Positions 30,930-42,723 of a stretch of DNA of 64,000 nt are shown here, piece by piece. The DNA comes from Candidatus Bathyarchaeota archaeon (GTDB lineage Archaea > Thermoproteota > Bathyarchaeia > Bathyarchaeales > Bathycorpusculaceae): positions 1-64,000 of the forward strand of contig CAVZIW010000009.1 in assembly GCA_963775465.1 (NCBI GenBank). The letters run 5' to 3'. Within the stretch, counting starts at the first letter, position 1. Each line of letters begins with the position of its first letter. The translations under genes were made by a program, and so were the position numbers. A model generated the notes under the pieces. That model did no database searches, was not told where the DNA came from, and saw nothing but the letters and a program-made list of their open reading frames with translations.

Positions 30930-32657
30930 TTAGTACCTCCGTTTTTGGGGTGGAAATCGACCAATTTCCATTGACTTGTAGCTTTCATTAAGCCCAATTG
31001 GCGTTTCATAAACAAAGGTGTGTTTGAGCCATTCTTGATCGTTTCTTTCGGGGTAATCGCTTCGAAAATGCGCACCTCGACTTTCTTTGCGTTGAAGCGC
31101 TGAAAAGACAATGACTTCAGCAACTCGAATCATGTTGCTTATTTCGAGTGCTTCCTGCAATTCCATGTTGAATACCGTGGACTTATTTGTTAAGCTTACG
31201 TTTTGGAGCCGTTTTTTGAGTTGACGAATTTGTTCGAGAGCTTGCTCCAGATTTCCTCCATTCCTAAAAACACTGCATTGCTCAGTCATTAAGCGTTGCA
31301 AGGTTTTACGCAGAACTGGAACACACTCAGTTCCCTTGGATTCCAGCAAACTTTGAATTTTATCTTCAACCATGCTTTCAGCTTGCGAAGGTAATGGAAG
31401 AAAAATCCTCTTTTTGACTTCTTCTAATATAGAAATACCTGCTCTTCTTCCAAAGACTACTAAATCAATTAATGAGTTGCAGCCTAAACGGTTTGCTCCG
31501 TGAACACTCACACAAGCACATTCGCCTATGGCATAAAATCCAGGCAAAACTGTTCCCGCTGCATCCGCTAGTACGCGTCCTTCTGCATCAGTTGGAATTC
31601 CACCCATAATATAATGACAGGTCGGAGCCACAGGAATAGGAGTTTGGTTGGGATCAATCCCTAAATATGTTTTAACAAACGAGGAAATTTCAGGAAGTTT
31701 ATGGTTCAAAACTTCTTTGCCTAGGCCACATAGATCTAAGTGAACATAATCTTTGCCGTTAACACCATTGCCTTTTTTTATCTCTTCTAAAATTGCGCGT
31801 GAAATAATATCTCTTGGAGCCAAATCTTTAAGCGATGGAGCATATTTTTCCATGAACGGTTCGCCTAAACCATTTCTCAAAATACCTCCCTCAGCTCTAG
31901 CAGCTTCGCTGATCAAGATACCAAACCCATAGATACCTGTTGGGTGGAATTGAACAAACTCCATATCCTTCAAAGGCAACGATGCCTCAAGAGCTAGTGC
32001 GAATCCATCACCTGTGGATGCAAATCCGTTGCTGGTAGTTTTGTAGATTTTTCCGCAACCACCAGTCGCCAAAACAACTACTCGGCAATGAAAGATGTGA
32101 GTTTCTCCTGTGGCTAGGTCGTATCCTGCTGCTCCACAGCATAGATTACTCTCGAACAAGAGCTGTTTGATGTATACTTCATTGTAAAAGTTGACGTTTT
32201 TTTGTTGGCATTGGTCGAATAGCGTGTCCATTATTGCTCTACCGGTGCGGTCAGATACATAGCATGCACGCTTAATTGGGGCTTCGCCCTGGTTTTTGGT
32301 ATGCCCTCCAAATCGACGTTGTTCAATCTTGCCTTGTCTATTTCTGCTGAAAGGAACACCAAGGTGTTCAAGCATGTATATTGCGTTTGGCGCTTCTTTA
32401 GCCAAGATTTCCACAGCGTCTTGGTCTGCGAGATAGTCGCTTCCTTTCACTGTGTCGTACATATGCCATTCCCATTGATCATCTTCCTCGTTGCCTAAAC
32501 TAGCTGCGATTCCACCTTGCGCCGCAACAGAATGAGAACGGGTAACATGCACTTTGCTAACTACGGCTACTTGACAGTTTTCACTGGAAGCTGTTAACGC
32601 AGCAGTTAACCCTGCAATTCCGCCGCCTATTATCACAACATCGTACTTATGAATCAT
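30930..32657 (-). CDS. sdhA: Succinate dehydrogenase/fumarate reductase flavoprotein subunit
   Basis: GGGIAG, RSHSVAAQGG (covalent FAD His), QFHPTG, HGANRLG and ESRGAHFR motifs. Confidence 0.95.
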   Translation of the reverse strand: MIHKYDVVIIGGGIAGLTAALTASSENCQVAVVSKVHVTRSHSVAAQGGIAASLGNEEDDQWEWHMYDTVKGSDYLADQDAVEILAKEAPNAIYMLEHLGVPFSRNRQGKIEQRRFGGHTKNQGEAPIKRACYVSDRTGRAIMDTLFDQCQQKNVNFYNEVYIKQLLFESNLCCGAAGYDLATGETHIFHCRVVVLATGGCGKIYKTTSNGFASTGDGFALALEASLPLKDMEFVQFHPTGIYGFGILISEAARAEGGILRNGLGEPFMEKYAPSLKDLAPRDIISRAILEEIKKGNGVNGKDYVHLDLCGLGKEVLNHKLPEISSFVKTYLGIDPNQTPIPVAPTCHYIMGGIPTDAEGRVLADAAGTVLPGFYAIGECACVSVHGANRLGCNSLIDLVVFGRRAGISILEEVKKRIFLPLPSQAESMVEDKIQSLLESKGTECVPVLRKTLQRLMTEQCSVFRNGGNLEQALEQIRQLKKRLQNVSLTNKSTVFNMELQEALEISNMIRVAEVIVFSALQRKESRGAHFRSDYPERNDQEWLKHTFVYETPIGLNESYKSMEIGRFPPQKRRY

Positions 32658-32676
32658 TCAAAGTCCTCTAACAGAT

Positions 32677-33513
32677 CTAGATTTCAAATTTTTCGATAAT
32701 CCTTGTTTCTTTTTCACCCGTAATTTCGGCAATTACATGGAAGAACTGTTGAAGCCCAGAGCTGACGATGCGTGGTTTTAGAAGCTCATCAATTTGAAAT
32801 ACACCTGCTGAGTTGGACATCTTTATTTTGATTACGATTGGTTTTATGCCGCTTTCCGGCTGCCAGTTTTCAATCACTTCAACCTCAACTTTCTCGATTG
32901 ACAAAGCTGAGACAGCATGAATGTCGATTTTACCATACTGAAAGGGTATACGCGCTCTGCCCGCTTCCATGTCCAGAGCATCTGCGATTCCAACTATCCC
33001 TGCTTCTTTAGTTAAAATTCTTTTAAAAGGTTCATTGCTACGTGGCTCCTCATGGGTTACAATAGCGTGAAGAACTTCCGACGTGAGGATTGCCCGTTCT
33101 TCGTCATTATAAGTTGGCGTCAAACACCGTTCCAAAAATTCTAAAGCTAAGAAAGCACTGTATTGTTCGTGATTATGACGTTGAACAATCATTCCAAGGT
33201 CATGAAAGATTGAACCTAAAACTACAACGACTTCAGCATCTTCGTTTTTCATGCTATAGTTCTCCACGATGCTGGGCTTTATGAGCTTTCTTTCTACCAA
33301 AATCCGAAGAAGTTTTAATGACAAATTGGCCACTATTTTTACATGAGTTGGTCCATGATCAGTATAACCCATACGTTCAATTGCCATTACATTTGCGCAA
33401 CGCCAAAACGTCTGAAGTTTTTTGTCATCACGTATTTTTTCCATAACAGCTTTGAGTTTCGGGTTACTCCGATACGGAATATTAAAGTAATAAGACACGT
33501 AATCCTGCTCCAA
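32677..33513 (-). CDS. HD-domain phosphohydrolase (COG3294-like)
   Basis: DHGPTH, FHDLG, ADALDM.GRAR and IHAVSA motifs. Confidence 0.88.
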   Translation of the reverse strand: MEQDYVSYYFNIPYRSNPKLKAVMEKIRDDKKLQTFWRCANVMAIERMGYTDHGPTHVKIVANLSLKLLRILVERKLIKPSIVENYSMKNEDAEVVVVLGSIFHDLGMIVQRHNHEQYSAFLALEFLERCLTPTYNDEERAILTSEVLHAIVTHEEPRSNEPFKRILTKEAGIVGIADALDMEAGRARIPFQYGKIDIHAVSALSIEKVEVEVIENWQPESGIKPIVIKIKMSNSAGVFQIDELLKPRIVSSGLQQFFHVIAEITGEKETRIIEKFEI

Positions 33514-34019
33514 TAAGAAATATTAATCAAAGTTAACATTTAAACTTGCATCAAACATCAGAGACGAAAAAGAAGTTAGGAACCCTAACGTTTTTCTATC
33601 CCAAGCATAACCAGAGCTCAAGCAAACAGGTTCCAAACCAAACACTAACGTTCCACATTATGCAAACCCACCACACAAACCAATATTCTTCTAAAGAAGC
33701 ATTACAATTTTTAAGCTCAAAAAACTGCCCCTCTGTACATTGAAAAAGCGGAAGAACAACAACAAGAATTTTTCAGGTTTTGTTGTTCTAGCAGATAAAG
33801 AAAAAAACGCAAATAATGATAAAACGGAATTTCACACAAACCTCAATCTTTGATTTACGCTTAATCGTCTAAACACATCTTAATTGCTTGCACCAAAAAC
33901 TATTATCAAACCCTGAAGTTACTTTTCCATCTACTGAACTTGAAACTTCGATTACCCAATAAGAGCTGGATTCTGAGTAAAATTAATACGTTAAATGCAA
34001 CATGTAATTTTGACAAGCT

Positions 34020-34205
34020 TTGACTAAACCCAACAGAGAAAACATAAGCGAACCTAAAACTTCAAAAGAAGTAAAGTTACCCTGCGGTTGCTGCTATAGC
34101 GATCAAGAGTGGATGCTAACAAGAATTGCTGAATGCGAATATCATAAACGAAAAAGAACAACTAAACGTCCCTATAGACCCAAAGCTGAATGCGTAAGAC
34201 CATAA
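34020..34205 (+). CDS. Small hypothetical Cys/His protein
   Basis: LPCGCC...ECEYH plus basic tail; isolated ORF. Confidence 0.35.
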   Translation: MTKPNRENISEPKTSKEVKLPCGCCYSDQEWMLTRIAECEYHKRKRTTKRPYRPKAECVRP

Positions 34206-34676
34206 ATTGAACTATACCTGATTATTGACATTTTATCTTATTCTGCATTTGGATAAAGAACAAAATATTGCAAATTACGATAAATGCTAATTCTTTGCAT
34301 ATTTTGCCTAGATAATCCACTCAGCCTCAACTTTCACTAATTTTAAAAAGTTTATACTTTCAACTCAAGATGCAAATGATTTTCCCGTTAACATTTTGTG
34401 GTTTTTATTAATTTTTGGAATAACATTTCTTGGATGATGCCAGAGACAAATCAGATTTTTTGCTCTATTTGAGTCCCATTTCTGGTAGTTTCATGAACTT
34501 CTTCACCAAAATCGCGGTATTCTATTTCACACTATAAATTTATAAAAATTTTTCTAATAAATTGCATTGAATCAGAAAGAATAAACACACAACTGTGCAA
34601 CATAATAACAATAATTATAATGCAAATCGAATGCAAAATTAATAAAGAAATTACAACAATAGAGTCTTGAAGAAAT

Positions 34677-36092
34677 ATGGATATAATGAGTTTTGGATTA
34701 GACTTTTCCTCAGGAAAGCCACTCCGAAAACCTATAGCTGAGCAGGTCTTTGCTGATCTTATTCTAGGCTCATTTCCTCACGAAACATTGTCCAGTCAAA
34801 CCCAATTCCTGGCAAAGTCGCGTGCTTTCAAATCATTTGCATTGGCCACGCCAAACATATATGACCCTCTATCGGTCGGCTGGAGTTTTTTAGTTAGCGA
34901 AAAAGATCCCCAGAAACAGGAGATAATTGAAGCAATGCAACCACTCGCCGTTCATCGAAAAATGAAAAACCCTACTCAGCCTCTTATCTTCAATTGCACA
35001 AAAGAATACGAATGGGGCGATTGGATGAGAAACAATTGCTGGACCATATCTGTTGCAACCAAACCCTACTATATTCTCATAGTTGGGGGACCAGACCAAA
35101 TACCTTTTCGTTTTCAAACCATGATCGATGGTTCAGTAGGTGTTGGACGCGTATGTTTTGATTCAATAGAAGAATTAAAAACTTACATTAACAAAGTGAT
35201 TCGGCTCGAAAATAACTCTAAATTCGCCGTAAACAAACAGGCGTATATATTCGCAACTGACTATGGTCCTCAAGACCCCACATTCTATAGTCACAGGTTT
35301 ATGGCTCAGCCAATCTCATTGTTCACAAAGGAAGATCTTCATTTTAATACAACTACACTATTCGAAAAGGACGCAACAAAAGCCAATCTCAAAAAAGCAA
35401 TAACGAAAGCAAAACCTGCCTTGGTTTACGTAGCAAGTCATGGCATTGGAGCACAAAATAAAGACATAGCCACTCAGAAAAAGGTTAATGGTGCAATCTG
35501 CTGCCAAGAACTAGGCCAGAAACCAACAATTTCTACTAAAGAAGGTATATTCGCCGCAGATGATGTCCCAAGCGGTGGTACTTGTGCAGAAGGTTCAGCC
35601 TTCTTTGATTTCTCCTGCTTTGGCTATGGAACACCCTCCAGAGGCGACTTCTACCATTGGACAACACCAAAAAATGAAAGATTACCAGATGCAGAGTTAA
35701 ATGCTTCTGAAGACTTCATCGCTGCACTTCCGAAAAAATTGCTCGCCCATCCAAGAGGGCCCATAGGATTTTTCTGGCGATGTTGATACTGCATGGCTTT
35801 GTGCTTTCGCTGATCCCAGCAACCCGTACATTATGAACGTTGGTCTAATCGCATGGGACCTTTCAAGAAAGCAGTGGAAGAAATTCTTAGCGGACGAACA
35901 CTAGCAATGGTTTTGAATTCAATGAACGACAATTATGACATCGGTAATCGCGTTTTAACTAATCTGCTTGATAATATTCATTCTGGCGCGGAAATTCCAA
36001 CCCCTGAAACAAAAGCTATTTTAGTTGATTATTGGATAGCCCGAACAGATGCGGCTAACTACATGCTTCTTGGGATCCTGCAACTTATGTGA
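34677..36092 (+). CDS. Gingipain-like (peptidase C25, clan CD) cysteine protease, frameshifted
   Basis: YILIVGGPDQIPF, VGR, ASHG (His) and FSCFG (Cys). After frameshifts the reading continues GDVDTAW ... YMLLGDP. No signal peptide. Confidence 0.75.
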
Positions 36093-37240
36093 CCATAGCA
36101 GAAAAGGAGAAGAGGCGAAAAATGCTCGAATTACAAATGCTCCAAGCCGATTATGGCGATTGTCTCATCTTAAAATTCGGAAACGAGACCAGTACCAAAA
36201 ATGTACTGATTGATGGCGGTCCGAAAGGCACATACAATAGCCATCTAAAACAGGAAGTAAGAAAAATCCAGAGTGAAGGAGGAAAAATCGACTATCTCAT
36301 AGTTAGCCACGTTGATGATGATCACATCAGAGGCGTCATAGACCTTATGTTGGATATACGTGACCAGAAACTCAGTGGTATCAATGAGACTTTGGAATTA
36401 GTTCACTCTGGCACAATACTTTCAATCAAACAATTGATAAAGACAGCAAAATCGAAAATTATTTGACTTCGTTTGGTAAATCCCTTGGTATCGGACAGGA
36501 TTTTTACGCTGTTAGCGACCTTGTATGCTTTAAGCATCGGACAAGGGCAGCAACTCAGCCAAATTTTCAGAGCTCACGGCATTCCTGTAAACTCCGAATC
36601 TAGGAACGGTATTGTCACAGTCGAAAGCATGCCTGCCAAAATTGAAAAGGACAACCTGACGCTACATATAGTCGGTCCTACAGAGGAGAACCTTGCCGAG
36701 TTAAGAAAAGAGTGGCTTAAATGGATAGAACATAAAAAGAAGAAGCAAAAAACAGAAAATATTTTTTTGAAGCCATGTCGGACAAAAAAGCTATACAAAT
36801 ACAAGTAGTATCATGGTACTGGCTGAAGCTAAAGTAAACTGCACACGAAAGAGAATCCTGCTTACAGGTGATGGAAGGGGCGACCAACTAATCAAAGGTT
36901 TGGAAAAATCAAAGCTGCTCAACTCAGAAGGGGGAGCTACAGGTGGATATTCTTAAGCTTCCTCACCACGGAAGCATTAACAATGTCTCCAAGGAGTTTT
37001 TTGATATAATCAAAGCCAAAACATATTTAATTTCAGCAAATGGAAAACATGGATCCATCTTTTGAGACACTACAGTTTATTGTTGAATCAGCCCACAGAA
37101 GAGGTGATACAATAACAATAGTTGCAACTAATTCAACGCCTGCAATAGAACGACTAACCCAACAGTACCCAACTAAAGAATTCGGATATGTCCTATCTAT
37201 CATGAATCCAAACTCAAACTCAATCACACTTGAGCCCTAA
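36089..37240 (+). CDS. ComEC/Rec2-type metallo-beta-lactamase-fold hydrolase, frameshifted
   Basis: ADYGDCLI, LIDGGP and SHVDDDHIRG; later frames give RILLTGDG, ILKLPHHGS and ISANGKHG. Confidence 0.82.
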
Positions 37241-37568
37241 GTTGTGAGGAACAAAAGTAAAATCCGAAAGCGTCTAAATCCACGAATTCACACTGAGGAA
37301 TATCCATCTTAGAGCTGGCTAAAAACATATGACCCACCGATTCAACCTAAGTACAATCAGCATCTTTGATCATGTGCTCGTTCTCGATTTATTTTCCTTT
37401 TATACGCAATAATCATAGATAGCCTGCCCGCTGATTAGCTAATTTTTTAACTTCAAGGATATGCAAGAATAAATTCTTGTGGATATTCAAGCATTTGTTA
37501 AAGTGATTCCAAAGTTGTCCTTCTTAGAGGATTTGTCTATTTACTTATCTCGAAAGTAATCATATTCA

Positions 37569-39001
37569 TTACGTTTTTATTCGAAGTCTTGCTGCCGGAT
37601 CTCCAAAAATAAGATAGTTTTGCGCATCACTTCTGAAAATAAAAGTATCAGCTATTCTATTGTAAAACTCAGGTGCCATCGACTTTCCCTTGCGTTGGAT
37701 TCCGTCGAGCGCGTTGGTCAGAATGGCATTGAAAATGTTAAAACGACTGTTCATTTCCGACATTGCTGGACCCACTGGGTTCGTTTCCTGAAGCAACGTA
37801 TCGATGGCACATACAAACGGAGCGATTCGCGGATGCCATTTTTCGATTATGTAGGGATTATCTGGATCATCAAATCCATGCAACCAAGCGGTATCCACAT
37901 GCCCCACATAAGCTACTGGGCCTTTGGGGTGAGCGAGCAATTTCTTTGGCAGTGAAGAAATGAAATCTGATTGTGAATTAAACTCACTTGAGCCATTAAG
38001 CCAGTGGCTGAAATCACTTACAGCTGGAGTTCCATATCCGAAACAAGCGAACTGAAAAAATATTGATCCCTCAAGGAAAGGATCATCCCTCGAAGGTACA
38101 TCATCAGCAGAAAACAGGTTATCTACGAGATTGGTTCCTGGAACTTTTTGACAGCAAATGGCACCGTTAAATCTCTTTTGTGTTTCAAAATTCTCATTTG
38201 GCGCTCCAACGCCGTGGCTAGCCGAGTAAACCAATGCGGGACTAGTACTTTTTAGTACATCTGAAAATTTTAGTTTTGTTGCTTTGTCACCAAAAAGCGG
38301 GGTAACCTTAAATCCTAACTCCTTAGCAACATGCTCTGCTAGAGCTTTACCCATGTATTGACAACTAAAATAGGTTGGATCCTGAATTCCCCCATCCGGA
38401 GCAAACATGATGGCTTCCTTTGACACATTCGGTTTTACGGATTTCTCAAGTCGAACAATTTTTCTCACATAAGTCTGCAGCTCTTCAACTGAGTCAAAAC
38501 TTATACGACCAACTGAAGCTGCACAGTCAAATAGAGATTGAAACTTAAAGGGAATTTGAGAAGCGTCGCCGACGATTAAAACATAATGAGGCGCTTTTTT
38601 TCCAAGTAGTACTTGAGAGCTGTAATTTTCCTGGAGCCAATTTTGCCAGTCATCCTCAGATTCACAGTCGAAAATAAGAGGTGATTCCGGCTCTTCCATT
38701 CCGCGAAGCTCAGCAAGCGGCGCCAATTTCTTCAACAATTTCACAAAAATCTGGATCCTTTTCATTCAAAAGAAAAGCCCAGCCAGCTGACTTAGGATCT
38801 CCGATATCAATGGTTTTTCTCTCCATTTCGCCTCTAAATGTTTTTGCTTGAAGACTTGCCTTTGATAATCTTCGCACTTCCTCAGAGTTGCGAAGAAGAG
38901 ACTGCTGAATATTTTTACCAAAAAATTCTTCATTTAAGGCGGGAATCAGTAGTCTACCCGTAGAAAAATCGATTCCATTTGAAAAGATTTTTGGAGTCAT
39001 G
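37569..39001 (-). CDS. Second gingipain-like (C25) cysteine protease paralogue, one frameshift at ~38710-38765
   Basis: NGIDFSTG N-terminus; YVLIVGD..QIPF, VGR, ASHG, FACFGYG, GHVDTAW and YLIFGDPA motifs. Confidence 0.8.
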
Positions 39002-39344
39002 ATTAACAAATATGGAATTATCAATATTTAAGCTAAACGAGCACCGAATTTTTATGATTATTCCAGATCACGATAATGCATCAACAACTACTAAAAAAGG
39101 CACCTCGCAAATATTTATGAAATTAAATAAAATTCAAGAATCAGTATCTCACTGAGAAAACACTCATTAAATGAAGACATTGGAAAACATGTCGAATATT
39201 TTATATTTCATATAGCAGAATAAAATAATGAATCTCGAAAAGATATTACTATTAGGTGACCCTGGCTGAGGCAAATAAACTTCAATATTATAAAACTGAG
39301 TTCAAAAGAGTCAAAACGAATCTTAGGAAAAAGGTAGAGGATAT

Positions 39345-40279
39345 TTGAGCCCCTTCGAGGAAAAAGCTGCACAATTAAAGAAGTTAAAGGAGTTGTTGGA
39401 TTCAGGGGCTATTACGCATGAAGAGTTTGATGAGATGAAGAAGGAAATTCTGGAGAAAGGCTCTACTGCCAATTGGGCAAAAATAAATCTCCCCAAAATG
39501 TCCGACTCAACCAGAAATCTGATTTCTCGGATCAAAGAACCTTTCAAAGACAACAGCAGAAGAACAACTGCAAGAGAACCTATGCCTTGTTTTCTTAAGC
39601 TGACAGCAAATCCGACCGCCATTTTCGCAGATGGATTCTCAAAATCAATTCTAAATTTGTCTTTATTGGATGAGAAACGATTTCCAGTTAGAGCTCCATT
39701 TGACATAATTGCAGGAGTTTCCACGTCAAGAGGCAAGATTCAGCAGCCAACATTGACGATCTCAAGAGGTCAAAACTCTGCTCAAACTACCCTAACATCA
39801 TCAGGGAAACCAGGGACAGTGATAGTCTGCGCAACAACTGAAAACTTTGGAGCATCCTCCATCACACTTACCTTCAAAATCCCTATAGAGCGTGAATTGT
39901 CGCTCAGTTAAGCATAGAAGCTGAGCCGTCTACAATAGTCGCTGATGGCACTTCAAAAGCTTCCCTCACACTACATCTTTTGGATGCCGAAGGAAAACCC
40001 ACAACACAACAAAAAGAGACAGCCATAGAGCTTTCAACCACAAAAGGAAAAATAGCAAAACCAATGATCGTCATTCCTGAAGGAGTTCACTCAGCCAGAA
40101 CTTTCATTACTGCATCCTTAGAAACAGGAATGGTCTTGATCTCCGCAATGACAAAAGGGCTAAAGAACTGTCAAGCGACCATTAACTTCAAGGAACAAGA
40201 ACAACATTGTCTATATTGCGGAGCAGTTATTCTTTCATGGTGCCAACCTTGCCCCCAATGCGGAAAAACGCCACCATAA
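39345..40279 (+). CDS. SHOCT + two invasin-like Ig domains + zinc-ribbon protein, frameshifted at ~39900
   Basis: LKKLKELLDSGAITHEEFDEMKKEIL; ANPTAIFADG and AEPSTIVADG repeats; CLYC..CPQCG. Confidence 0.7.
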
Positions 40280-40430
40280 AAATAGTTTTTTTTCCCTGAA
40301 TATTACTGCAGAAATAATCTTGTCCGCTACTTGAATTTAAAGTATTTCCCATAACAAGCATGACCTAATTTTCGCACAATTCTCTTATTTGAGATAATTT
40401 TAAAAGTAACTATTGTAGAATAACCTAGAA

Positions 40431-40883
40431 TTGGTTTATTTATTGCAGTCAAAAGACGATTATCCGTACTTGAGCTTCAGGTTTTGGGTCGAAATTGACA
40501 GTTTAGTTGTTGGAGGCTTTTCTGAAGTTTCAGGTCTTCAATCGGAAATCGATCTTGAATCTTATGAAGAAGGAGGAGTAAACGATTACGTTCACAAGTT
40601 TCCAAAAAAGGCTAAGCTCTCGAATTTGGTTCTCAAACGTGGTATTACTCTGATTCGGATACGCTTTGGAAATGGTACGCCAGCGTCTTAAGCGGAAAGA
40701 TAACACGAAAATTGATATCAAATAATATTGGCAGATCGTGAAGGAAACGAAAAATTGAGGTGGGGTATATTAGAAGCCTACCCAGTGAAATGGAGTAGCT
40801 CTGACCTAAAAGCAGACAGCAATACCATCGCCATTGAATCTTTGGAGCTTGTACATAATGGCATAGTTAAGGTGGGAAAATAG
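40431..40883 (+). CDS. Tail tube protein (T4 gp19/Afp1-5-like), one frameshift at ~40650
   Basis: FRFWVEID..GGFSEVSGL..YEEGG.N..LVLKRGIT, then LWKW...AYPVKW...IAIESLELVHNG*. Confidence 0.9.
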
Positions 40884-40906
40884 TCATAGCTAAAACGTGT
40901 GTAGGT

Positions 40907-42723
40907 GTGATTGATCAGAAGTTTACTGAAAAAGTCACAAGCAAATATATCAAACACGCTTTACCTTGGCTCTCGATCTTTCTCAACAAGTTTAACTTCT
41001 TTTTGCCTCCAGAAAACTATGTTTTTGTTATCTCTCCGTTTATTTTCAAAAAGAAAATAGTGACTTTTAATAATTCATTTAATTCAATTTTAGTAAACAG
41101 GTCAAATAGTCTTTTTTTTCCTTCTTCTATGATTCTTCCATCAAAAAGAGAAAACATTAATTCTTTTTTGTCCATTAAATCTATAAACTCCAAATCTTTT
41201 TCATCGACCGTTGTTAACGTTTCAAACAAGATTATTCATTCTGGAAATATATCAAAGGAATATCGTCTTGTTAAAGAGATCTCAAGATATTCTATTTTTA
41301 TGAAAGTTTTGGAAAGAACCGTGGATAACCTTCCTTGCAATAGCGTGTTACACAGGCTAAATTCAGTAATTGCCTGTGACATATTGCAGATAAAATATGT
41401 AGGAAATTTTGCATCCTTGAGAGCTTACTTCCTACGAGAGACACTGTAAAAACGGTAGGCTTGCTTTCAAAAACTGAGATGATTCCAACAGCTTTTGGTA
41501 GAGTATTCAAAAAAATATTACCTTTTAATTGTTCTAATTATTTTTTGGATTTTCAAAATACACGAGTTTTTGAGCAAATCAATAGATTAGAAGGTATCTT
41601 GTCATCACGAAAACAAAACTATATCAAAAATTTTCATCACAAGTTCAATATAAAAAATCCGAGAATCAAAAACCCCATTGCTTCAAGAAAAATTACGAAT
41701 GGGCATAACATCAAACAACCATCTTCAAATGCAAATATTAACTCAATAGATAGAATTAATCACGAAATTAAGTATAAAGAAAAAACGAGAGGTAATCTCC
41801 TATCATATTTTGCTAATCTCGAAAACTTATTTCCAAAATATGCAGTCCCTCAATCCAGAATTTTTTTCAATTCAGTTTACTTTAGTAATTGGATAAACAT
41901 ACAAGCAACAAGAAAAGGGAATCCATTTTTTCGAATTTGCCTTTGTTTTCAAAGTTATCTTTTCTCGATTCTGCGAACAATAAGGCTGTGTTTCAAAAAA
42001 TCGAACACTCAAAAGGCAATTTTCTACGTTTATGGGCGACACCAAGAAGAGAAGTATCTCCGCTGAACCAGTGCGATCAGCAACGACTAATATTGAGTTG
42101 CCAGCGTCAATTGAAAATAGCACAAATAGTATCGAAAGAATAGATTATACAGTTAACAAACATTTGGATTCAGACATTCACCCAACAAATCGTTCAAATT
42201 CTAAACAAACAAAATCTAAAATAACAAAGACAAACACTGAAACAAGCAAAGAACAAAGCGAATTCATCATTAATCACGTCCGTTACCCGAAAACCATAAT
42301 TGTCGAAAAGCAACCCGATTATCCTTCCAGATGCTATCCCAAGTCACCTCTTTATCCCTTCAATCCAGAGAAATACCATGAACCATGAACATCAAAATAA
42401 TGGGTCGAATTACTCTTTGGCAAAGATAGTTGGCACAAATGCAGATAGTAAACCTGAGAATTTGGGAATTTCTGGGCGCCTTCAACCAACTTCGAGAAAT
42501 TCCCCCGAATATGTGTTTGCAAACAAGGGATTGACAACTGAATATATTAGGAAGAAATTGGAAATTGTAGAAGAAACAAGCAAACAGATTGTAAAAAAAC
42601 ATATCACAATTCCTGAGCAAAAAAATGCATTACCATCTATAAATATCGATCGTTCTAGCCGACCAAATCTACAGTTTAATAGAACGGAAAGCCCGAATAG
42701 AAAGAGAGAGAAGAGGTTTATAA
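40907..42723 (+). CDS. Large low-complexity CIS-associated hypothetical protein, fragmented
   Basis: Series of Asn/Ser/Lys-rich ORF pieces ending LADQIYSLIERKARIERERRGL*. Stop overlaps the next ATG (TAATG). Confidence 0.5.

Noticed and set aside
30930-32657. L-aspartate oxidase (nadB), given the neighbouring aspartase-like gene
   Set aside because: It has the covalent-FAD His motif SHSVAAQGG and an adjacent SdhB.
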